From the NCBI GenBank assembly GCA_965368975.1, contig CBDUPA010000011.1:184155-248154 (forward strand): DNA of 64,000 bases, in the 5' to 3' direction. The stretch is from an uncultured bacterium. Lineage in GTDB: Bacteria; Acidobacteriota; Thermoanaerobaculia; Multivoradales; JAHZIX01. The notes beneath the pieces were generated by a model. The model was given only the letters and a program-made list of their open reading frames with translations, did no database searches and had not been told where the DNA came from. This document shows, piece after piece, positions 11,110 through 18,372 of the stretch; positions within the stretch are counted from its first letter, which is position 1, and every line of letters starts with the position of its first letter. The translations under genes and the position numbers were made by a program.

Positions 11110-13749
11110 GTGTCGACCAAGCTTCGCGCCCTGCTCGTTGTCTACTTGCTGCTGCTGGGGGCGTCGCACGTGGTGCGGTTGCTGTTCCCGCAGCCCGGAC
11201 CCGAACGGCCGCCGATCCAGCTCCCCGGGCACGCGGTTCTGCAAGCCGCTGCCGTCGACGACACCGATCTGCTGCCCCGCAAGCAGGTACGTCTGGCCTA
11301 CCGCTACTGGCGTGCGGAGGAGGCCTCGCCTGCAGCCGATATCGACGCCAGCGCCGAGCGTCCTACCGTCCTGCTGATCCACGGCAGTCCAGGCGGCGCC
11401 AGTAACTTCGATGGCATGGTGCCCGACCTGCGGCGTCGCTACGATGTCCTGGTGCCGGACCTGCCCGGCTTCGGTGACTCGCAGCTCGACATTCCGGACT
11501 ACTCCTTCCGCGCGCATGCGCGCTACTGCCTGCAGCTGCTCGATGACCTCGGCATCGAGCAGGTCCATGCCGTCGGTTTCAGCATGGGCGGTGGGGTGGT
11601 CCTGGAGCTGGCCGAGCAGCGTCCCGACGCTATCGCCTCTCTGACCCTCTTGGCCGCTATCGGGGTGCAGGAGATGGAGCTGCTGGGCAACTACCAGCTC
11701 AACCACGTCGTGCATGGGCTGCAAGTCGGTTTTCTCTGGCTCTTGGGCGAGGGAGTGCCGCACTTTGGTGCCTGGGATGGTGCCTTTTTCGGCATCCCCT
11801 ACGCTCGCAACTTCTACGACAGCGACCAGCGTCCGCTACGAGGCTACTTGCAGCGCTACGACAGACCGATGCTGATCGTGCACGGCCAGGACGACATGCT
11901 GGTGCCGGTCGGGGCAGCGATCGAGCACGCACGCCTGGTGCCGCAGAGCGAGCTGCAGCTGCTCGACCGCAATCACTTCTTCGTCTTCTCGGAAGGGCCG
12001 CGGCTGGCTGCTACCTTCGAAGCCTTCTTCCAGCGTGTTGATGCCAGCGACGTCGCCACCCGTGCCACTGCAGCACCCGAACGGATCGCGCGAGCCACCG
12101 CACCCTTTCGTCCCGAAGACCTTCCGCCGCTCGACGGTTTCGCACTGGTCATGCTGCTCTTCGTCATCGCTGTTTCCACCCTGGTCAGCGAAGACCTCAC
12201 CTGCATCGCCACTGGCCTGCTCGTCGCCGCCGGCCGTATCTCCTTCCTGCCCGGCACCCTGGCCTGCCTGGTCGGCATCTTCGTCGGAGATATGTTGCTC
12301 TATGCCGCCGGCCGCTTCATTGGGCGCCCTGCCCTCCTCCGTGCTCCCCTGAAATGGATGCTGCGTCCAGCCGATGTCGAACGCAGCTCCAAGTGGTTCG
12401 AGGAGAAAGGCCCCACCGTCATCATCCTCAGCCGCTTCGTGCCCGGCACCCGCTTGCCTACCTACTTCGCCGCCGGCCTCTTCCGTACGCACGCCCTGCG
12501 CTTCGTCTTCTACTTCCTGCTCGCTTGCATCGCCTGGACACCGGTGCTGGTGGGTCTAGCCATGTGGTTGGGAGCAGAGATGTGGCACTACTTCGAGCTC
12601 TTCGAAGACTACGTCTGGGTCGCGGGGGTGGGCTTGGTGCTGTTGATCCTGATCGGTACTCGCATCCTGCTCCCCGCCGCCACCTGGCGCGGTCGCCGCC
12701 TGCTGCGCGGGTCGCTGCGTCGCAAACTGCGCTGGGAGTACTGGCCACCCTGGGTTTTCTACCCACCGCTGGTTCTCTGGATCCTCTGGCTCGGTATGCG
12801 CTTCCGTGGCTTCACCCTGTTTACCGCCGCCAATCCGGGCATTCCGGCCGGCGGAGGGATGGTCGGTGAGTCCAAGTCACAGATCATGCAGGGCCTGTGC
12901 GGCGGCGTTGAGCAACCGCAACCTCCGGAGCTGGCCCGCTTCGACGTACTGCAAGCCACGGCATCGACAGATGCCCGCGTCGAGCAGTTGGAGGCCTTCC
13001 TACAGCGGATCGATTCCGTTTACCCTGTCGTCCTCAAGCCGGACACCGGTGAGCGGGGTGCCGGCGTCCAGGTGGTGGCGTCGCGGCAGCAGGCCTCCGA
13101 GTATCTCGAAGCTGAGCCTGATCCGGTCATCGTTCAGGAGTACATCCCCGGCCGCGAGTTCGGTGTCTTCTACATGCGTCTACCGCAAGAAGAGAGGGGC
13201 TTCGTCTTCTCGATCACCGACAAACGCCTACCGTCCATCGTCGGCGATGGGGAACGCACCGTCGAGGAGCTGATCCTGGCCGATAAGGATCTTCTGGCCA
13301 TGGCGCGCTACTACCTACGCGTCCAGGAAGCACGCGTCGACGAGGTGTTGCCGGCCGGCGAGGAGCTGACCCTGGTACAACTCGGTACCCACTGCCGCGG
13401 CGCCGTCTTTCTAAGAGGAAGCCACCTGATCACCCCGGACCTAGAAACCGCCATCGACCGTGTCAGTCAGCGCTTCGAAGGCTTCTACTTCGGGCGCTAC
13501 GATGTGCGCACTCCGTCGGAGGAAGACTTGCGTCAGGGGCGCTTCAGAGTCCTGGAACTGAACGGCATCACGTCGGAGTCGACGGACATCTACGATCCGC
13601 AGAACTCGCTGTGGGAAGCGTACCTAGTGCTGTTCCGGCAGTGGCGGTATGCCTTCGAGATCGGGCGGCAGAACCGGGATGCGGGGGAGCAGGTGATGTC
13701 GTTGGGGGCGTTCTTGGGAATGGTGGGGCGGCACTTTCTGAGCCGGTAG
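11110..13749 (+). CDS. Fusion of alpha/beta hydrolase, DedA/VTT membrane domain and ATP-grasp-like domain
   Basis: HGSPG and GFSMGG nucleophile elbow; SEDLT..G, SRFVPGTR (DedA); YPVVLKPD.GERG.GV, QEYIPG, GRYDVR, LELNG (ATP-grasp). Confidence 0.85.
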   Translation: MSTKLRALLVVYLLLLGASHVVRLLFPQPGPERPPIQLPGHAVLQAAAVDDTDLLPRKQVRLAYRYWRAEEASPAADIDASAERPTVLLIHGSPGGASNFDGMVPDLRRRYDVLVPDLPGFGDSQLDIPDYSFRAHARYCLQLLDDLGIEQVHAVGFSMGGGVVLELAEQRPDAIASLTLLAAIGVQEMELLGNYQLNHVVHGLQVGFLWLLGEGVPHFGAWDGAFFGIPYARNFYDSDQRPLRGYLQRYDRPMLIVHGQDDMLVPVGAAIEHARLVPQSELQLLDRNHFFVFSEGPRLAATFEAFFQRVDASDVATRATAAPERIARATAPFRPEDLPPLDGFALVMLLFVIAVSTLVSEDLTCIATGLLVAAGRISFLPGTLACLVGIFVGDMLLYAAGRFIGRPALLRAPLKWMLRPADVERSSKWFEEKGPTVIILSRFVPGTRLPTYFAAGLFRTHALRFVFYFLLACIAWTPVLVGLAMWLGAEMWHYFELFEDYVWVAGVGLVLLILIGTRILLPAATWRGRRLLRGSLRRKLRWEYWPPWVFYPPLVLWILWLGMRFRGFTLFTAANPGIPAGGGMVGESKSQIMQGLCGGVEQPQPPELARFDVLQATASTDARVEQLEAFLQRIDSVYPVVLKPDTGERGAGVQVVASRQQASEYLEAEPDPVIVQEYIPGREFGVFYMRLPQEERGFVFSITDKRLPSIVGDGERTVEELILADKDLLAMARYYLRVQEARVDEVLPAGEELTLVQLGTHCRGAVFLRGSHLITPDLETAIDRVSQRFEGFYFGRYDVRTPSEEDLRQGRFRVLELNGITSESTDIYDPQNSLWEAYLVLFRQWRYAFEIGRQNRDAGEQVMSLGAFLGMVGRHFLSR

Positions 13750-13835
13750 TGTCACGAAAGACGCGGGCCACAGCACTCCTAGGATGGTGCGGCGGCGCTC
13801 TGCTCGTGCCAATTTATGCAGCATAGGAGGAATCA

Positions 13836-14024
13836 ATGATTCGGCGAAGTCGCAAGAAGCGCTTGAAGCTGCACCGGGAGATGCTCGGCTCTTTGGTGGA
13901 ACAAGAGCTAGGCCAGGCGAAGGGTGGAAGTACCGTGCTTTGTACCCAAAGCGGTTCCTCCCAGGCCATCGAATCTTGTCCAGCCCTATTCTCGGGCTGT
14001 TGTCCCATTGCTGAGGGGCGTTAA
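13836..14024 (+). CDS. Peptide precursor P1 (62 aa), double-glycine leader and Cys-rich core
   Basis: RBS AGGAGG; MIRRSRKKRLKLHREMLGSLVEQELGQAKGG|STVLCTQSGSSQAIESCPALFSGCCPIAEGR. Confidence 0.8.
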   Translation: MIRRSRKKRLKLHREMLGSLVEQELGQAKGGSTVLCTQSGSSQAIESCPALFSGCCPIAEGR

Positions 14025-14070
14025 ATGCAAAAAAATCGTATTTATGCGCAATTACGGAAGGAAGTCGTAG

Positions 14071-14241
14071 ATGAAGCGCAAAGTAACCGAAAAGCGCACT
14101 TTGAGGTTGGTTCGTGAGACCCTCAAGGCACTCGAGAGCGCTGACTTGCCCAAGGTGCGTGGCGCTTACCACAGCTCACAGTTGTCTATCCCTACCATCG
14201 ACGACGGTGACTCTTGTACTTGCTTCAGTCTGGGTATTTGA
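14071..14241 (+). CDS. Peptide precursor P2 (56 aa), not in ORF track
   Basis: RBS GGAAGGAAG; manual translation MKRKVTEKRTLRLVRETLKALESADLPKVRGA|YHSSQLSIPTIDDGDSCTCFSLGI*. Confidence 0.8.
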   Translation: MKRKVTEKRTLRLVRETLKALESADLPKVRGAYHSSQLSIPTIDDGDSCTCFSLGI

Positions 14242-14276
14242 AACCTGTTACGCACTATGCCCGAAGGCCGGCCGAC

Positions 14277-14405
14277 TCACCGCCAGTCTCCATGGACCTG
14301 GAACGCTGCCCAAAGCAAACTGCGTCCGCGACGCTTCCCCAGCGGTACCACGCAGCAACTCAAATTTGTGCCTGGCGTAGGGCCGTGGCCCTGGGCAGTC
14401 CTGCT
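14277..14405 (-). pseudogene. Decayed duplicate of the 3' end of CHAT protease 2
   Basis: tcaccgccagtctccatggacctggaacgctgcccaaagcaaactgcgtccgcgacgcttccccagcg..ccacgcagcaactc..tgtgcctg closely matches 18373-18500, with substitutions and indels. Confidence 0.85.
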
Positions 14406-14461
14406 GTCCCCAAGAGACGCAAACGCAAGCGATGCCTGCCCCGTTTCTGTCCATAGCCTTA

Positions 14462-14739
14462 GAGGCCGGGGAGTATCTGGCCGCCAAGCCCGGTCCGATC
14501 ATTGCTCAGGAGTACGTCTCCGGCCGCGATTCCTGGAACTGAACGCCACTACGTCCGAGTTGGCGGACATCCACCATCCGCAGAATTCGCAGTGGGAAGC
14601 GTACCGAGTGCTCTTCCGCCAGTGGCGGGTTGCCTTTGAGATTGTGTGGCAGAATCGGGAAATGGGCGTCGAGGTGATGTCCTGGGAGCGCCCCTGAAGA
14701 TGGTGGCGCTGTACTTTCTGGGGCGGCAGTGTCACGAAA
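14462..14739 (+). pseudogene. Decayed, internally deleted duplicate of the 3' part of the hydrolase-DedA-ATP-grasp gene
   Basis: Matches about 13091-13158 joined to about 13549-13759 (LELNATTSELADIHHPQNSQWEAYRVLFRQWR versus LELNGITSESTDIYDPQNSLWEAYLVLFRQWR), including the downstream agtgtcacgaaa. Confidence 0.88.
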
Positions 14740-14826
14740 TGTCGAATTTCCGCACTCCTCGGTTGAGCGAGCTTTGCACTTCGTGCCGGAGCGCAACTTC
14801 TATTGCTTCGCGGTTCTGGAGGAGCT

Positions 14827-14986
14827 ATGCGCAACCTGAAACGGCTTGAGCAGCGTCTTCACCTGAGCAAGGAAACCTTGAAAAGGCTAGAAGCCCCCGA
14901 TCTCCAGTTGGCTGTAGGTGGCAGTGTCAACAAATAGTGGTGCTTGGGTTTCCTGCCCCTCGTGTCCCACTTCTGCCTTGATGTGA
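14827..14986 (+). pseudogene. Peptide precursor P3: intact leader, core interrupted by TAG at 14935-14937, probably from a one-base insertion
   Basis: RBS GGAGGAG; MRNLKRLEQRLHLSKETLKRLEAPDLQLAVGG|SVNK*; removing one A in CAAATAG gives core SVNNSGAWVSCPSCPTSALM* ending at 14986. Confidence 0.7.
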
Positions 14987-15072
14987 AGTGAAGAAATTGA
15001 GGTGCTCCCGGCTTCTACAGTGCCGGTATCTTGGGCAACAAATGGCTGCCATCAACGAATAGGAAGTGAATC

Positions 15073-15240
15073 ATGAAAAAGAACAAGTTCAGCGAAAAAC
15101 TCGTGTTGCACCGTGACACGCTAGTTCAACTAGAGAATGGGAGACTAGTTACGGCCGTGAAAGGCGGGGGAGAAGAGTCGACAATAACAAGGAGCGCTGG
15201 CACTATGTCGTGTACGTCTGTTTGTATTGGTGCTATTTAG
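15073..15240 (+). CDS. Peptide precursor P4 (55 aa), not in ORF track
   Basis: RBS AGGAAG; MKKNKFSEKLVLHRDTLVQLENGRLVTAVKGG|GEESTITRSAGTMSCTSVCIGAI*. Confidence 0.8.
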   Translation: MKKNKFSEKLVLHRDTLVQLENGRLVTAVKGGGEESTITRSAGTMSCTSVCIGAI

Positions 15241-15268
15241 CTCGCGCTGGCGTGGCGAATATTCCTTT

Positions 15269-18241
15269 TTAAGCGTAGTTTCCGTAAAACAGAAATGCTC
15301 CCCATGCATAGGGGGCAGAGAGTTCTGGATCCCCGCTGCCTATCATCTCGATCTGTACCTGTTGGAGAGCAAGGATCGGCGGTGTTCCCGAAGCGAGTTT
15401 TTTATAAAACCTTGTCATTATTACGGCCGTCGATCTGTCAGCAATCGGCCATAAGGAACCGATCACTGCGCGGGCACCCACTACCTGAAACGCTAGAGCT
15501 AGACTGAGGGGCCCGTCGCCTCGCATTTCTCTGCCTAGAGCACTTTCGCAAGATGACAGCACAACAAGGTCTGTTCCTTGCAGACGGGTCTCGCTGAGAA
15601 TCTCCCTCATCTCAAGAATGCCGTTATCTTTGCCAACTTCGACTTGCTCGGGTAGTGAGAGTAAGAGCGCTGGATGCAGTGGCCATTGTGAATCCGATAA
15701 CGTGTGAGTTGCAAAATGCAGATACCGAGTTCGAAGGGTACCCTTGGCACGCTCTTCGATGGCGTCAGGTCCAAAGAAAATGCGACTTCTAGAACCGAAG
15801 AGCGCTCCGACCTGTTCGACTTCTGCCTGACTAAATGGCAGTTGGCGCAGCTTGAAGCCGCGATTCAGGGCGGCAAATACTTGCCCGTTGTCCATTAGCT
15901 GACCGTCGGCGGACTCAAGATGGATGGGAAACGACGGATTGCCGAATGCCGTAAACTCTACCGGTGGTAACTCTGATGAGCTTCTTGATCTCAGCTCTGA
16001 ATAGGACGATCCAGACAGGCCGAAGAAAAGGGCAACTTTCTCGATCAGGTAGTGGTCGTCAGTGCGTAGAGTGGACCAAGGCAGGGAATGCAAAGCTCCG
16101 TCAGGGAGGATCAGCAGTCTTTCGAAATCGCTTAGTGAGTGCCGCAACGCGGGTGGAAAGAGAGCGATGAAGAGGTCTCGACCAACGACGCGAAGTCTGT
16201 CGAGTTTCTGTTGCCACTGCGGATGTTGCGGGTGCGCGCTGAGTATGAGAGATCGTATTTGTTGAACTTTTCTCTGTACTTCGCCTTGGTTGATTGGCAG
16301 TGAATAGGTTGCCAGTTCCTGTCTGTTGCCGAGAGTAAAGACGAAGGACTCTTGCTCCGCAACGAAGAATGAAACCAAGAGCGTCTCTTGGTCGAGGGAA
16401 CTCTGCATATCGCTGACTTGCTTGCCTTGATCTTGGGCACTGCTACGGGGGCTGAGTTGTAAGGGCCGTACAGTGAACTGGCGAAGAAGTTTCTCGTAAT
16501 CAAGCTTTGCCTGGAATAGCTCATCCCTGAGAGACTGTTCTTGCTGCCCTTGGTTCTGAGTTCTACCGACTAGGAGTTCGAATCGAAGCGAGTTCAGTTG
16601 CTCTTCCAACTTGAGTTTCAGGTGCTGAACAGTGGCAGGAACATCCATTAGCTCCTTTGAAGCTTCATGCTCTGCTCGCATGATTCGGAAGCCCTGGGCT
16701 CTAGATCGCTCCAAAGTCTCAAATGCTTTGGTTGGCTGCCCTCCCCGAATAAGGGCTAGAACCAGATGCTGATAATAGTCATGGTGCCATGAACGATAGT
16801 CGACCCTCGATTGCGCCAGATGAGAGATCTGATGCTCTAGTGTGTTAACTGCATCTTGTAGCCATCTCAAGCTAGCGGTAGGGTTTCCGCCGTTGGCCTC
16901 TAGGAGTCCTCGATCTCTTTGAAACTCTGCTAGCCACAAGGTTTCTGAGGCTAGCTCCTGCACGATCTCAATGCCACGATCAGAGGCTTTCCGGGCTTCG
17001 GTAAGTTCTCCAGATTCCCACAAAATCTTGGCGAGCTGATTTTCCGTCTCGGCGGTCCAATACGAGTTTCGACTTTCCTGAAGTCGGATCTCGCGAGCCT
17101 GAAGAATCAGGGCTCTTGCCATCTCCAAGTTACCTTGAGCTTGATGCAGTCGAGCCAGTAAGACGAGTGTGTTAGCAATACGCGGTGATTCTGTTGTACC
17201 TTCCGACCTTCTACTTAGAGCCAGTGATGCAGTCGCAAGGCGGATACCTTCTTCGATAGTGTTGGTTAATAGACAGATTCTAGCGGAGCGCATTAGTAGC
17301 TCGGCTGTTCGGTGGCTTTCTGGGTGGTGTTGCTGCAGGATCCTTAGTGCAGTTGTGTAGTGTGACGAAGCTGAAACCGGCCTTCTTCGCCATTCGTCCA
17401 ATTTTCCTAGTTGCCGGAAAGTCTCTGCAAGTAAGACTGGACGGGCGTTGCCCGCTTGAAAGTTACGAAGAGCCCTCTGAAGCCAATACTCGGCTCGGTC
17501 GTGCTCTGCTTGCATGCGAGCAGTGACGCCCAGTTGAAGGTAAGTACCTCCGAGTAGATAACTCTTCGGTGCCCTAGTCTCAAGGATGTCTTGCGCATAT
17601 TCTAGATATGTCTGTGACTCTTCTAATGCGAGTTCTTGTCCCAAGATGAGTCCCAGGCAGCCGAGGGTGTAAGCTTTCTCAACGCTATCTACTTTGACCT
17701 GTTGAATGGACTGTAGTGCGCGCCGGCAGAGAGCTTCACCTTGATTCCAGTCTTCCTGCAGGAAGAGGATGATACCAAGTCGAAAGTATGCTCTTGATCT
17801 TAGTCTTGGTTCTTCTTGCCTCTCAGAGAGCAGCACAGCTTGCTCGTAGTACCAGCGTGCACCTGTGAAGTCATCGCGATCTTCTGCTAGGTTGCCGAGG
17901 GCAATTTGTACTTCCGCCTTCTCTGATGGGTAGACGGTCCAGTTTAGAGTCGTGCGAAGTACCCGCTCGGCCAGTTGATATTCACTTTCTGCATTCGTCC
18001 ATTCTTCAGGGTGCAGTATTTCCTGTGCTTGGTTCCACAATGCTTGAGCCAGCGGTAGGCTAAAACTGGCTCGCGTATAGAGTGGAGACAGCTCCTGCCA
18101 AGGCACTACAGCTTCTGCTCCTTGTGCTGCTGTGAATCCCTGTGATGTTCCTCGCTTCAGCAATAACGACAAAAAGAGGAGACAGATCAAGCCCAGGTCA
18201 GGGAACCTTGGGTGCTTGGACATCATGCAGGGCTGCTTCAT
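15269..18241 (-). CDS. TPR-repeat plus CHAT-domain (caspase-like) protease 1
   Basis: Multiple TPR-like helices; AFETLERSRAQ linker; LLILPDGALHSLPW, YLHFATH, LVVLSSCESALG, SLWPIAD, PYAWGAF; N-terminal hydrophobic stretch; visibly lower GC than the flanks. Confidence 0.92.
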   Translation of the reverse strand: MKQPCMMSKHPRFPDLGLICLLFLSLLLKRGTSQGFTAAQGAEAVVPWQELSPLYTRASFSLPLAQALWNQAQEILHPEEWTNAESEYQLAERVLRTTLNWTVYPSEKAEVQIALGNLAEDRDDFTGARWYYEQAVLLSERQEEPRLRSRAYFRLGIILFLQEDWNQGEALCRRALQSIQQVKVDSVEKAYTLGCLGLILGQELALEESQTYLEYAQDILETRAPKSYLLGGTYLQLGVTARMQAEHDRAEYWLQRALRNFQAGNARPVLLAETFRQLGKLDEWRRRPVSASSHYTTALRILQQHHPESHRTAELLMRSARICLLTNTIEEGIRLATASLALSRRSEGTTESPRIANTLVLLARLHQAQGNLEMARALILQAREIRLQESRNSYWTAETENQLAKILWESGELTEARKASDRGIEIVQELASETLWLAEFQRDRGLLEANGGNPTASLRWLQDAVNTLEHQISHLAQSRVDYRSWHHDYYQHLVLALIRGGQPTKAFETLERSRAQGFRIMRAEHEASKELMDVPATVQHLKLKLEEQLNSLRFELLVGRTQNQGQQEQSLRDELFQAKLDYEKLLRQFTVRPLQLSPRSSAQDQGKQVSDMQSSLDQETLLVSFFVAEQESFVFTLGNRQELATYSLPINQGEVQRKVQQIRSLILSAHPQHPQWQQKLDRLRVVGRDLFIALFPPALRHSLSDFERLLILPDGALHSLPWSTLRTDDHYLIEKVALFFGLSGSSYSELRSRSSSELPPVEFTAFGNPSFPIHLESADGQLMDNGQVFAALNRGFKLRQLPFSQAEVEQVGALFGSRSRIFFGPDAIEERAKGTLRTRYLHFATHTLSDSQWPLHPALLLSLPEQVEVGKDNGILEMREILSETRLQGTDLVVLSSCESALGREMRGDGPLSLALAFQVVGARAVIGSLWPIADRSTAVIMTRFYKKLASGTPPILALQQVQIEMIGSGDPELSAPYAWGAFLFYGNYA

Positions 18242-18372
18242 TCGTTTCCTAAACCGACACCGCTAGTCGTCGTAACCTGAAGCGACACGCCAGTGTGCCT
18301 TTCATTCCTAGAGATGGGCTAGGGCCGGGCGTGAGCAGTTGGCGATAGTCGACGTGTTCAGACGGTGTCAGC

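Noticed and set aside
11110-14241. ATP-grasp domain as a graspetide synthetase for P1/P2
   Set aside because: It is fused to DedA and hydrolase domains in a lipid-type operon, and the cores are Cys-rich without the repeated Thr/Lys-Asp/Glu patterns of graspetides. Not fully excluded.
14935-14991. Pyrrolysine or amber read-through in P3
   Set aside because: No pyl genes are seen, and the frame-corrected core fits the family motif better.
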